A DNA stretch of 64,000 bases, taken from contig OX597838.1 of assembly GCA_951406725.2 (NCBI GenBank), positions 14,632,001 to 14,696,000 of the forward strand, written 5' to 3'. Source of the DNA: Octopus vulgaris. Taxonomy: Eukaryota. The number at the start of each line of letters is the position of its first letter. The stretch's first letter is position 1. The translations under genes were made by a program, and so were the position numbers. Of the stretch, positions 1-14,101 are shown one piece after another. The notes beneath the pieces were generated by a model, which saw nothing but the letters and a program-made list of their open reading frames with translations, had not been told where the DNA came from and made no database searches.

Positions 1-444
1 CACTCCTGTTATTTTTGCAATGTTCATTCAAAGCAGCGAAGTTGTCAGGTGACGTCAGCCTTCACTTAGTCACACACACACACACACAGAGAGTCTTTTC
101 TCTCTCACCATAACTTGCCTTGGTTTGAAGTTCTACTCTCTTTCCCTCCACGCACTTGTCCTAATACTCAGTGCTTCTTCACTTCACATTCTACCGTCGA
201 CATGGCTAATACGTACCTCGACTAGCAGGAGAAGCAACCGGGGGGCACCACCGGGTCCAGGGCACGCACGCAGCCTTGTAATCAAGTCGTCGATTCGATT
301 AAATCCCTTTTAAGGGAAAAGGGAAAAATGATAATTACAGGAAAATAGAGAGAATGTTCACAAACTTCCTGTCTCTCCTTTTACATACATACATAACTCG
401 AGTTTCTGAAGTGTTGTATAACTAAGAGAGGAAAACTAACTACC

Positions 445-502
<58 letters not shown>

Positions 503-753
503 TCCGTGGATATTATATAAACAGCAGTGGAGTATGTACATGACGATGCCACCCTGGATTATTATACATATGTGTACAGCACCAGACGATTATATAAAAC
601 AAGGTGTTTTTTTTTCGCCGGCTCATGATTTGTAAATGCTCGAACGAAACCCAGCAGCTAAGGACCACTTCACCTTCTTAACTCTGGAATCGATCAATAT
701 AAAAATACCATTAAGATACTCTTGTCCTTTCAGTTGGTAAACCAACTCTGTCA

Positions 754-790
<37 letters not shown>

Positions 791-871
791 GCGTGTTCCT
801 AGTGGGGTGTTGTGGAGAGGTCACAGCATCCGTGCTGGCAATGTGAGAGCGGTATTTATATTTCTTGTTAG

Positions 872-926
872 GTACTCTCGTTCCTTGAAAGAAATAACCT
901 CTAGTTTGAAAAATATTTATAACAAG
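872..926 (+). CDS. Candidate exon (55 nt): YSRSLKEITSSLKNIYNK
   Basis: tttcttgttAG acceptor, AAG|GTGAGT donor, open frame. Confidence 0.3.
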
Positions 927-2487
927 GTGAGTAAGCTACAACCGTCCTTTATTATTCAACCGTCTTATCTACCCTAAGTACCTACCTTACCAGCAGCTTG
1001 CCCGCATCATAAACATGGACTCGTCCTGTCTCGCACACGCACGCAGTTGCTACATACAACATATATGTATGTGCGAGTTGATGGATGGATGGATGAATGG
1101 ATAGAAAGATGTGTGTGCGCTATTGTTTCAATCCATATTATACTGGGTAAATCTAGATTTTGATTAACACTGTATTTATAGCTACATGTAAACCACTTTA
1201 CCTTTATGTACAATAGCTTCGTGAACAGAGAAAGGGACCAGGTTAGTTTTAATTAAATGTTGGGCCCTTCTCTATCTTCTCTCTCACACATTCATTTTTC
1301 GCGATCTGTCCCAGTGGAATATTCACTGTCGGAACATTTGGAGTTGTTACTTTCCATAGCTTCGTATCCTTGGGTCCCTTAAATGACTCTTAAAATCTTA
1401 CATTTAGATAATAAAGTAACCCGGTGATTATCGGGTTTAGACATCGGGTTGCAAATTTACGAGAAAATCTCTACGATCCTTACCCCAGAAAGTTAGTAAC
1501 CTTATCTTGGTATTGTTGCTTAGCTCCAGGCCATAGATTGAAATTGATCGAAGGTGTTTCCATTCGTGGCCGCGCCGTCTTTATTTTATCGGTCTTGGAA
1601 AAAGTGAGTCGCGAAGTTGATCTCGGCACGATTTGAACTCGGAACGTTTAAGGAAACACAAACTAGATATTGCTGCCATTTTGTCCGAGGCACTGACAAA
1701 TTGTTGGAACTGCCAGGGCGTAATTTGTGTAAGGGGTGTAAATTAGATGGAGATCTTGGCTGTCATTTCTAGTGAATCAAGGCTGGCATGTAAGAGGCTG
1801 AGGAGAAGCGGGTTGAAGAAGGAACCGATGATATTTTTCTAGGCTGGACCTGTCTTTGTCTCTGCATATAGTTTCCCCTTTTTCAGTCTCTGCCTTTATC
1901 ATATGCACTTCACCACATACACACATACAAATAATGTATGTATATTGCGTGTATATATTTCATGTGTACTTCTGAGTATTGCTATTTCGTTGGCGATCAG
2001 TTTTACTCCAAGTTATGAACCTGACCACTAAGAACCGCAATTGATTAAATTCTCTAAATAAGTCACTAATCGTAATCATAATAATAACAATAAACCTACA
2101 TACATACACACACACACACATCTCCATCATTAGAGACAGGCGCATACATTATATGTAAAAGTAGTGTATATAAATAGGCTCGGTGTACATGTGTATTATA
2201 CATACATATGCTTCGTCGACACACGTAGCATACGTAGTGCATACTAACGTTCAATGTGTATATATACATACCCGTGTACTGTACGCGCACGCACGCGGTG
2301 GTGTTTGTGTCTGGAATAGATGCAAAGCGTGTATATATATATATATAGTCATGCTTGTGTGTGTTTGTATTCGTTGTGCTTTGAGCCGCGACTTAACGGT
2401 TCGATTGTAATAATTGCTATGTTGGAGTAAAACCCTTCGTGGCGGTGCTCCAACATGGTCGCAATTCAATGACCGAAACCAACACCT

Positions 2488-2706
2488 ATGTATGTATGTA
2501 TGTATGTATGTATGTATGTATGTATATATGTATGTATGTATATATATATATATATGTATGTATGTATATATATATATGTATGTATGTATATATATGTATG
2601 TATGTATATATATGTATGTATGTATATATATGTATATATATATATATATGTATGTATATATGTATATATATATATGTATGTATATATATATGTATGTATG
2701 TATGTA

Positions 2707-2739
<33 letters not shown>

Positions 2740-3193
2740 ATCTATATGTATGTATGTATGTATGTATATATCTATATGTATGTATGTATGTATGTATATA
2801 TCTATATATATATGTATGTATATATGTATGTATATATGTATGTATATATATATGTATGTATGTATATATGTATGTATATATATGTATATATATGTATGTA
2901 TATATATATGTATATATATGTATGTATATATATATGTATATATGCATGTATGTATGTATATATATATGTATATATGCATGTATGTATGTATATATATATG
3001 TATATATGCATGTATGTATATATGTATGTATGTATATGCATGTATGTATGTATATATATATATGTCTGTATGTATATATGCATGTATGTATGTATGTATA
3101 TATGCATGTATGTATATATGTATGTATATATGCATGTATGTATGTATATATGCATGTATGTATATATATATGTATGTATATATGCATGTATGT

Positions 3194-3224
<31 letters not shown>

Positions 3225-3384
3225 TATATATGTATGTATGTATGTATATATATGTATGTATATATGTATGTATGTATGTATATATATGTATGTATGTATA
3301 TATGTATGTATATATATATATGTATGTTTATATATATGTATGTATGTATGTATATGTATATGTATGTATATATATGTATATATG

Positions 3385-3417
<33 letters not shown>
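2488..3417. repeat. Compound (TATG)n/(TA)n microsatellite (similar blocks at 3996-4420, 4995-5480, 5925-6470, 42022-42190, 53705-53820)
   Basis: Direct inspection. Confidence 0.98.
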
Positions 3418-3418
<1 letters not shown>

Positions 3419-4572
3419 CGCTACACATAATGGCATGTATGTATAAATCACGTATATGTGCCTGTCTATATAATAAATTCTTTCCTTCCCTATCTCATCT
3501 AAAACATGAATGGAATGTGCGTGTGTGTGTGTGTGTGTGATACTTTATTAACAGACACTATATACGCCCAGATGATACGCAGGCAAGCCATTATTACTAT
3601 TTACAAACACACATAATATAAATTCATCACATTATGATCAGGTTAGTACTTATAAATAACGTATATTTTCCAGCTCTCGCATCACCCCATGTTCCAGTCT
3701 TGTACGTTGATGTACAACAATAATTATATATATATATATATATATATGTTTTTGTATCTGATATACACTTACTGCGAATGCCCTTTGTATACAATTTTAG
3801 ATATGTGTGGGTATAAATTTAGGGCTTTTGCACACGATCTCTATAGCTCTACATACATACATAGGTACATACATAGATACGTTGAATTCTTTCGTTAGTT
3901 TGTCATTTCACTGAGGCCACGCTGGAGCACCGCCTTTTGTGTAATCGATTGTATTGAGTATACACACAGACTTGCAGTTTATTCATACTGTCTAGTTTAT
4001 ATATATATATGTACACACACACATATATGTATATGCATATATGTATATATATATACATATATGCATATACATACATGCATATATATATATACATACATAC
4101 ACACACACATATATATATACACATACATGCATATATATATATACATACATACATATATATATATACATACACACACACACATATATATACACATACATAT
4201 ATATATATATTTACACACACACACGCATATTTTTTATTTATTTATTTATTTAGTTTCAGCTCACAAGCTGTGGCCATGCTGGGGCACGGCCATATATATA
4301 TATACACACACACGCATATATATATACACATACATACAGTATGTGTATGCGTGCACAATGTAGTGAATTCCTATTGTTTAGCTCATATTTGCATGTGTGT
4401 GTATATATACACACACACACACAGTTTAAGATCCTCTGGTTTTATTTAAATTACCCACGAACACGAGATATACAAGATAAATAAAATATATTGTGTGTGC
4501 GCGCGTGTGTATGTAAATGCATTTTATTCATATTTGTATAGCTTGTGTGTGTGCGTAAACTTTCCGAATCTA

Positions 4573-4609
<37 letters not shown>

Positions 4610-4657
4610 AGGCTCCAAGCTTTGCTGTTTTTCCTTCATTGAACCACTATCCACTTT

Positions 4658-4746
4658 CAATATGTGATGAGATGCGGTGGCGAGCATGCCAGTCCAGCTG
4701 GTATCTACTGATGCTATACGACTGCTATTAAGAAGATACTGAATTG
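4658..4746 (+). ncRNA. Possible box C/D snoRNA
   Basis: GTGATGA at 4664-70, CTGA at 4708-11 (D') and 4739-42 (D), caat/attg terminal stem. No target identified. Confidence 0.2.
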
Positions 4747-5028
4747 TCATTTGAAACCAGCAGATGAAAGAGTTTATTTGTTGTATATTAAGTTCAAGAG
4801 TACCTAGAGGCTAGTTTTTTTTTGTGAGTATATACATAGGTGGCTGGGGAAACAAACTGTCGTTTAGGGAGGTGACACACGCGCACACGCACACACACAC
4901 ATGTCGACGGTTGAGCAAGGGATTTGTATTTTGATACCAATCACTAAATTCCGGATTTTAAAAATATTCCTTTGTGCACGGAAAATGTTATTTGTGTATA
5001 TTTACATATGTATGTACACACACACACA

Positions 5029-5072
<44 letters not shown>

Positions 5073-6340
5073 TATATTTGCATGTATATATATATATACA
5101 TAGGTGTATATGTATATATAATATATATACATATATATGTGTATATGTATGTATATATATACATATGTGTATATGTATGTTGTATGTATATATATATGTG
5201 TGTATATGTATGTATATATATGTGTGTATATGTACATATATTTATATATGTGTATATGTGTATATATTTATACATGTGTATATGTGTATATATTTACATA
5301 TGTGTGTATATATATATATATACACACATGTGTATATATATATATGTGTGTATGTATATATATATATATATATACACATACATGTATATATGTATATGCA
5401 TATATACATATGTGTGTGTGTGTGATATGCATTTATGTACATGTGGGTATACATGCACACACACACACACACACACACGTATGTATAGTGTATGCCCTTG
5501 GTTGTTTATTGTTTTTCTTGCCTACGTTGAATTTAATTTTATTTTCCAAAAATGTCTAATATTACTAAAGTGCTTTTCCATAAGACACACACACACACAC
5601 ACGATCACACGTTGTAGGTGTAGGTAGGAACATTGATGAAACACAACTCTTCCATAGATGAAGTGTGTTTGTTTCTTTCTTACTAAAATATTATGGACTG
5701 ATTCGTTTCGTTTGCTGTTTCTGAATTTCTCGTTTGTGTGTGGCATTCATTCATGTGACACACACACACACACACACACAACTATAGAATAATCGAAACT
5801 TCCTCCGCTGCTAGTCAACGGCTAGGTAACATAATGTAATAACGGTAATGTACACTGTAGAAATTGGTGGGGAACCTCGATTGTGGTAGTCACACGGGCG
5901 TGGGTAAGTTGTGTTTAAGGTTTTATATATACATACATATATATATATATATATATCTATACACACACACATATACACATACATATGCATGTATATATAT
6001 ATACACACATACATATGCATGTATATAAAAAAAAAAAAAAAAAACATATATATATATACACACATACATATATATATATATACACGCATGCACTATATGT
6101 ATGTATATATATATATATATTGTATACATATATATATATATATATATAACACACACACATGCACATATATGTATATATATATATATATATGTATACATAT
6201 ATATATATATATATATATACACATACACGTACATATATATATATACATACACACACATGCACATATACGTATGTATATGTATACATAATATATATATATA
6301 TTTATATATACGTACATATATACTTATACACATACATATG

Positions 6341-6376
<36 letters not shown>

Positions 6377-8302
6377 AATCTGTATATACATATACACACA
6401 CACACACACACACACATATATATTATATATACATATTTATATCTACGTGTATGTATATATTTATACATGTATACTTGTGTTCATGTAGGTAGATAAATAA
6501 ATAACCACGTACATACGATTTTATTGACTAAAGGTTTCCAGTTACTCAAACAGTTTGAATAGAACAGAAAACCAGTGGAAACTTCCTACACATTGTCAAT
6601 ATCTTCTATCCATTGTCCGTGTCTTTTCTCTTGTCAATATCATCTGTTTCAGAGATACAAGAAGACGTTTTAACTCAACACACACACACAAAGAATGCGT
6701 GTGTATTTTGTCTGAATTCTAGTGGTGGAAGTGTAAGCATCTGCAAACCGTTTCAGGCTCTTTGACAGGTGGGGAGAGTGTTAGCTCCTTGGCTTGGCCC
6801 AAAGAGTATGGTAAAAAAAAAAATTAAATAAAAAAAATATTTTTTTTTAAGGTGGTCACACTATGAACTTGAACCCGAAACCGTATGATTGTGAAGTGAA
6901 CTTTTAATCAGACTGCCATGCATGCTGTAAACTTTATTTGTTTCATAATGAAATGCTAGATAGATATAGCCCAAGTGGTGTCATAATCAAATATATGGTT
7001 GTTTTTTTTGTGGTGGTGGAAGAAATATATTTAGCCATCACTGATGAAAATCATCATCATCATCATCACTTCTTGTCAGCCATTAATTGCTGGCTAAATT
7101 CTTGGGAAGATCACTTGGCTCTTATGCCTTCTTGAAAACGTATTTTCTTCTATTTTCTTCACTGCATAATTGCATTGACTTTGTAGTCGTGTTTAAAGCA
7201 AAAAAAATTGGCCTCTTCTGTCAGAGCATGGTTAGACTGCCTAATGTTCTTTGTTCCAACTCTTTACTCTTGGCTTGTAATCCTGCTAAGGTCAGTTTCT
7301 GAGGTCAATAAAAAAGTACCAATCCAGGACATGGAAATGGAGGAACTATTAAAGCATTCACAAGATGTCTTTGCACCGTCTCTTCTGGCTGTTTTGCATT
7401 TCAATAGCAATGTCTGTAATGATACTACTTTCATTTTGTATCAGCTTTGAGGCAGCTGTCTTTTTCCCTTGGGCAACACAGGCTCAGGCACAGCTGTGTG
7501 GTTAAGAAATTTTTTTTCTCCAACTACGTGGCTTGAGTTTTGTTCCACTGCGTGACACCCTGGGTGAGTGTCTTCTACAACTCCAATCTGAGTGGATTTG
7601 GTAGATGGAAACTGAATGAAACCCAGTCTCTAAATGTACGTGTGAGTGTTTGTGTCTCCTTGCCTTGGCATAGTGGTCTAGTTGTAACTGAGTGTCACTG
7701 TCATAAAAAACTGTATCATTCTTTTCCACTATTCTGCAAAAAAACAAAAACAAAAAAAAAACATGTCTGGCCATGTGGAAGTATAATCTTGCTTGGAAGT
7801 AGGTAAAGGTTGACAACAGGGAGAGCATCTGCCTCAATAAACCCTGCCCAGCCCATGAAAGCATAGAAAAGTGTCCATTAAAACATTGGTAGTATAAAGG
7901 AAAAGTGGGAATACTTGGATGTATGGGCAACGGCAGATACACCATTAGACTTGACTGACCAAAGCCATCAGAATGTACTCTTGTTTGAGGTTGCTTTCCC
8001 CCCCCCCCGCTTTATTTTTTGCTGATGAGCCACTCATGCTATATTATTCGTTTAACCTTTCTCCTATCTTTTTACTTGTTTGTCATTAGGCTGCGACCAT
8101 GCTAGGGCACCACCTTGAGCCCCAGCATGGCCGCGGCCTTCGGGCTAAAACATTTTAAAGGATTTAATGTACCAACCCCAGTACTTGTTTCTTTATAAGT
8201 CTGGTACGTATTCTGTTTGTCTCTCTGCCAAACAGCTAAGTTACAGGGACATAAACAAACCAGCACCCATTGTCAAATGGTGTGGTGGGGGTCAAACACA
8301 TA

Positions 8303-8356
<54 letters not shown>

Positions 8357-8888
8357 AATGATAGGCTTCTTTCAGTTTCCATCTACCAAACCCGCTCACA
8401 TGGCTTTGATCAGCCCAAGGCTATAGTAGAAGACACTTGCCCAAGGTGTCACACAGAAGGACTGAACCCAGAACCATGTGGTTTAGAAGCAAGTTTCTAA
8501 CCTCACAGCCATGCTGAGATTGTAAAGCATTCTCTGTTGTCTTTGCTGAGATTCTTGCTGTCTTGTCATGCAGAAACTTGCAGGTTCTATCAATTCCAAA
8601 TAATTCTTTAAAATAACATTTCTGATTGGCCACAAACACTACATAGTACCTAGGGAAAGGGTTACTTTACAAGCATTTCACTTGACTAATGGTTAATTAG
8701 CCACGAGTTAATTGACTCAAGTGAAATGCAGTGAAGCAAATGGTATTGTTCAATAGCTTGCACGATGAGTGGTAGAAAAATACAGCCAAATTCCTTGAAG
8801 TCATACTCTGTTGTCTTAAAAATGGAAGGACACATTAGATTAGTATTTCTCAGCCATCTTTTGCCCAAGGGCCCCTTTGGTTCTTATT

Positions 8889-9041
8889 TTACTCCACTGG
8901 GCTCTCATATCCATTTGATGTTTTAAAAATCAGTGTCCTCCAGTCAGTTCTATCCTGGGCCGCTTCTTTCAGATTGGCTATGTCCATTCCGGTATCCCTC
9001 TTGGTGTCAAGCCAGCGGGTTCTTGGTCGACCTCTTCCTCT
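8889..9041 (-). mobile_element. RTE-clade LINE ORF C-terminal fragment
   Basis: Manual translation gives RGRGRPRTRWLDTKRDTGMDIANLKEAAQDRTDWRTL, matching the RTE/BovB-type RGRPRxRWxD...DRxxWR motif. Confidence 0.85.
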
Positions 9042-9043
9042 AT

Positions 9044-9158
9044 AAACCTCAGTCACATACCAATTATATGGTTATTTTCTAAATTTTTATATATAGACTA
9101 AATATAATATATAAAAATTTAGAAAATAACCATATAATAGTATGTGACCCCGAGGTTT
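9044..9158. repeat. Imperfect inverted repeat (~50 bp arms)
   Basis: attatatggttattttctaaatttttatatat pairs perfectly with its reverse complement across a ~12 nt loop. Confidence 0.9.
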
Positions 9159-9550
9159 GTAGTTGACCTACTGGCATAGTGTATCTAGGAAGAAGTATTA
9201 TATAACATGGTATGGTAAAGAACAAATAAAAATCTGGCTATTGTTTTAAGTAGGTCAGAGATCTGTGTAATTAAAGGGTCTGTCTAATAAGTAGCAGTGT
9301 TGTCATTCAGCTCAGTTTGATCCAGCAGACCTGTAATTGAAGATATTTCAGCCACGCTCATCCTGTTTAAATTTTTAGCCCCAAGTCATCTTTACTCCAG
9401 GGATTATCCTGTCTTGCTGTTTGAGCTCAGATTAGCTTTGGTCCAACAGATCTGCGACCAAAGACTTACTTTCCCGTCTGAACCATCCGATGTCATTCAT
9501 TGTGTTAGCAGTTCACTCCAGACATGACTAACCTGTCTTTCTATATTTAA

Positions 9551-9764
9551 CCCTTTCGTTACTGTATTTATTTTGAGATGCTCTGTGTTTCTTTTAATAA
9601 ATTTTAAATATAACAAAGAATTCAGTAAAATAACTTAGTTATCATTAAGCTTGTGTTAGGAACATAAATTGTGACTAAGGTTTGGTGGAAAATTTTAATT
9701 TGATACTTATAAAAACAAGACTACAGAGCCAGAGGTGGTTTTGGCCGGGTTGGTATCAAAAGGG
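9551..9764. mobile_element. piggyBac-type MITE family A
   Basis: TTAA|CCCTTT...AAAGGG|TTAA, non-coding. Homologous copies at 14854, 28533 and 55000. Confidence 0.8.
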
Positions 9765-10033
9765 TTAAAACTAGATGTGTCTATCCGGTTTTTAATATGA
9801 TAATGTGTGATTTGAAGTAACTTGGCTGCTGTTTCTAACAGGTTGTGTGACTGTATAGAAACTCATTTCATGTGTGTAATGTAAAGAGATTGGCTTATTA
9901 ATTTGTAGTTTCTGTACTTCTTTTTTCACTACCTCCCCATCTCTTCTCATAGATTTCTGAATATTTCATGTGATTAATTAAACACATATGGAATTTTTAT
10001 ATTGAGTCAGAAATCAATGGTGTATATATATAA

Positions 10034-10065
<32 letters not shown>

Positions 10066-10535
10066 TACTACCTCTGTCTCGCTTTGTCCATATATGTATG
10101 TATCTATCTATCTATCTCTCCTTATTTCTCTCTCTCTCTTGCCCTCTGCCTGTCTATCTCTCTATGTCTTGGGCAAATATTTTCTCATTACCACACTTGC
10201 CAGAACCTTTTTCTTTCTACTACTAACTACTATTACTCGAAGTTCACCTAGTAACTTTTACCACAGTCAGTGGTCCAAAGGAAGTGGGCTAATGATGTAC
10301 CCCCTTATTATTATTATTATTTTTTTTTTTTGTTTAACCACCAAGTCAGTTTACCTCATATCTATCATAGCCAAATCTTGCCCCAAATCAGAGAAGTGTA
10401 TTTATTCTAGATAATATAGTATTCATACGCTTATATATATATTCAATCTTACTTGCAATGACAAATCTGCTGAAAAATAGCTGAGTTTAAGCTAAACAAC
10501 AACCTTGTTCCACTCACCCCTGCCTCTCTCTCTCT

Positions 10536-10570
<35 letters not shown>

Positions 10571-10571
<1 letters not shown>

Positions 10572-11145
10572 TCTTTCATTCTTTTACTTGTTGCAGTCAT
10601 TTGACTGCAGCCATGCTCCAGCACCGCCTTGAACTTAGTCAAACAAATCGACCCCAGGACTGATTTTTTAAGCTTAGTACTTATTTTATCGGTTCCTTTT
10701 TGCTGAACCGCTAAGTTATGGGCATGTAAACACACCAACACTGGTTGTCAAGTGGTGATGATGGGGGACAAATACAGTCACTAAGACACACTCGCACGTA
10801 AAAAGCACCCACTACACTCACGGAGTGGTTGGCGTTAGGAAGGGCATCCAGCTGTAGAAACATTGCCAGATAAGACTGGAGCCTGGTGCAGCCTTCTGGC
10901 TTGCCAGATCCCCGGTCGAACCGTCCAACCCATGCTAGCATGGAGAACGGACGTTAAACGATGATGATATATATATACATATACACTATGGGCTTCTTTC
11001 AGTTTCTGTCTACCAAATGCACTCACAAGGCTTTAATTGGCCTGTCGCTCTGTAGTAGAAGACATTTGCCCAAGGTGCCATGCAGTGGGACTGATCCTGG
11101 AAACATGTGGTTGGGAAGCAAACTTCTTACCACACAGCCATGCCT
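10571..11145 (-). mobile_element. Older SINE family 1 copy with a plus-strand RTE-tail SINE (10794-10968) in its central microsatellite
   Basis: The two halves of family 1 flank gcacgtaaaaagcaccc...ggacgttaaacgatgatgat. Confidence 0.75.
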
Positions 11146-11811
11146 ATAAATATATATATATCGTTGCTATTATGTTAAACTGTTGTATGTCCAAATTCTA
11201 TCAATATTTATTTTTGCTTGCAATAGCCAGTTCTTTTTGGTCAAACTATCGTATCTCCAGCTGCTTCTGATGCCAAGATGTCGAAAATGTCAAAGTGTAG
11301 TACAACGGTTTTGCTATGGAATGGTGAAACTATTTTTTCGTTTTCTGGAAAAGCAACATTTTGGACTTACGACACTTTTGCATAACAGCAACAATATATA
11401 TATATATGTTTGCGTGGGTGTCTTTGAGTGTTGGTGTGTTTGTATCCCTGTAACTTGGCTGTTTGTCAGAAGAGACCGATAGACTAAGTACCAGGCTTAA
11501 AAAATAAGTACTGGGGTCAAGTGGTGCCCCAGCATGGCTGCAGTCTAATGACTAAAACAAGTAAAAGATAAAAGATATATATATATATATATATATATAG
11601 ATATAGACACACAATGTACACTCTGACACCCACACTTCATTCTGTAAGTCAAATTTCATCAAACAGACCTTATCAAAATACTTACCAAACATAAAAATGT
11701 TCTAGACAAAGTGTATCCAAAGTAATTGTAATTCTAGATACACTGGTATGCTGTTATTTGAGCAATTTGACTGCTATTTCTAGTAAAGACCCTTTGTTGT
11801 TCAGTGTGTAT

Positions 11812-11852
<41 letters not shown>

Positions 11853-12166
11853 GTATTCGCAGTATAATGAAATACTTTGAAGCTACACATCTCCCCACCC
11901 TACTGGGTTTTTTTTCTCCATCCATGCCCACCACCACCTGTCAAGAAATTCATTGAATAGGCAAGTCATATATTAATCAAAGAACTCGTTGGTCCTCAGT
12001 CTTTGAAGTTCCTGTCTTGAGCTGAAATCTTATCACAATGAACCATATTGGCTATTTTGTTAGCAGTGTTTGGCGGTGGTGGTCGGTTCATGTTCTGATT
12101 CTTAGAAGAAATAGATAGAAGCAATTAATTACAAACTATATATATCTACCTGTTTCTCTCTCTCCG

Positions 12167-12241
<75 letters not shown>

Positions 12242-12481
12242 TCCGTTATTCTGAGACGATTATATTGACCTCAGTACTTAGTCTTATACTTATTTTTATC
12301 AATTGTTATCAAATGGGTAAGTTCACCTTGGATTAAATTAATATAACTTGAGCTCTCACTAAACAGCACTAACACCATTTCCTCCAGGAGGTCAAAATAT
12401 CTCTTGAAAATGTTAATGGTCTTAGAAGTGTTAGTGTTCTAATTTCCACCTGTAGGACTCAGAAGGAAATGTGAGAAACAT

Positions 12482-12529
<48 letters not shown>

Positions 12530-12540
12530 AAAAAAAAAAA

Positions 12541-12769
12541 ACACAAATCTACCTTCTCTATAATGTTGCCACTTGATATGAAAATTTTTGTATTAATGGA
12601 AAACCTCTATAATTGGCTGATGAGTGCTCAGCATTTTAAAACTGTTGTAATACTTACAACATTTAATAACATGATGTAGTACGAAACAATCGTACCAAAT
12701 TACCGGAGTCATTCTTGTTGCTTATTTTGATTATAATCACCCCACGGATTTTTATGGATAACACCATTC

Positions 12770-12774
<5 letters not shown>
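12541..12774 (+). mobile_element. Probable Penelope-like retroelement terminal fragment inserted in (TA)n
   Basis: Unique ~230 bp segment between two (TA)n tracts that carries a minimal type I hammerhead, a known feature of Penelope-like terminal repeats. Confidence 0.55.
12610..12702 (+). ncRNA. Type I hammerhead ribozyme with canonical core
   Basis: Stem I taattgg(12610-16)/ccaaatta(12695-702). CTGATGA at 12617-23. Stem II GTGCT/AGTAC extended by the internal hairpin tgttgtaa-tac-ttacaaca. GAAAC at 12683-87. Minimal stem III AC-aatc-GT, with the GUA cleavage triplet ending at 12694. Confidence 0.8.
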
Positions 12775-12860
<86 letters not shown>

Positions 12861-12870
12861 TAATTGCTTC

Positions 12871-13265
12871 AGGCGTGGCTGTATGGTAAGAAGGTTGTTT
12901 CTCAATCATTTGGTTCTGGGTTCAGTCCCATTGCATGGCACCTTGAGCCAATGTCTTCTGCTATAGCTTCAGGCCGACCAAAGCCTTGTGAGTGGATTTT
13001 GTGGATGGAAACTGAAAGAAGCTTGTTGTATATGTTTATGTGTCTTCATGTCTATGTTTGTCTCCCCCCCCCCATCACTGCTTGACAACTGGTGTTGGTG
13101 TGCTTACATCCCCATAAATTAGCAGTTCAGCAAAAGAGACCGATAGAATAGGTATTAGGCTTACAAAGTGTAAGTCCTGGGGTCAATGTTTTTGACTAAA
13201 AAAACCCTTCAAGGTGGTGCTCCAGTATGACCATAGTCAGATGACTGAAACAAGTAAAAGAATAA
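12871..13265 (+). mobile_element. Older SINE family 1 copy (others at ~8070-8513 -, 18292-18615 +, 18990-19405 +, 55808-56175 +, 57338-57715 +)
   Basis: Recognisable but diverged head, CORE segment and tail. Confidence 0.75.
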
Positions 13266-13724
13266 AATAATATATATATATATATTCAAATATATGTATG
13301 TATTATTTATATAGAGACATATATACAGATACACAGTAATATATATAGATACCCTGTTGGATGTATACACTTTTGTATTATGCTGTGCCAGCTGTTTATA
13401 CTGTGTGTATATATATATATATATATATATCTGTGTGTGAGTATATTTAGAAAAATGTGTGTTGAGGCATTCTTATTTGTATATAACATAGTCACATGAC
13501 CTTCCCAGACATCAGCCCAAAATGAGTTGGGGAGGTGAAGTAGAGTCATTCATATCATCTCCATCTTAGTATTTAACTGGGGATTTTCTGAAGGGTGACC
13601 TACAGAGTCAGCTTTTCATAATCATAATAATGATTTCTGTTATTGCCATAAGTGCAACAGATGGTAGACATTACAATGACAAACTATGAAAAATGGTAGA
13701 TATGTATTAAAATAGTTAATAAGT

Positions 13725-14101
13725 GGCGCAGGAGTGGCTGTGTGGTAAGTAGCTTGTTTACCAACCACATGGTTCCGGGTTCAGTCCTACTGCGTGGCAC
13801 CTTGGGCAAGTGTCTTCTACTATAGCCTCGGGCCGACCAAAGCCTTGTGAGTGGATTTGGTAGACGGAAACTGAAAGAAGCCCGTCGTATATATATATGT
13901 ATATATGTGTGTTTGTGTGTCTGTGTTTGTCCCCCTAGCATTGCTTGACAGCCGATGCTGGTGTGTTTATGTCCCTGTTACTTAGCAGTTCGGCAAAAGA
14001 GACCGATAGAATAAGTCCCGGGGTCGAGTTGCTCGATTAAAGGCGGTGCTCCAGCATGGCCGCAGTCAAATGACTGAAACAAGTAGAAGAGTAAAAGAGT
14101 A
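13725..14101 (+). mobile_element. tRNA-derived CORE-type SINE (family 1), full length
   Basis: A box tggctgtgtgg, B box ggttcagtcc, CORE-like ccttgggcaagt, central microsatellite and (gtaaaaga)n tail. Short taagtg duplication on the flanks. Confidence 0.85.

Noticed and set aside
2251-3540. ORFs of 230-350 aa
   Set aside because: Translations of TA/TATG microsatellite, which lacks stop codons in several frames; same for 3903-6496 and 41968-42440.
13725-13795. tRNA gene
   Set aside because: The A/B boxes are the head of a multi-copy SINE and run into its body; no complete cloverleaf.
13684-13941. Recurrent peptide RRHLPKVPRSGTEPGTMWLV as a gene family
   Set aside because: Antisense translation of SINE family 1.
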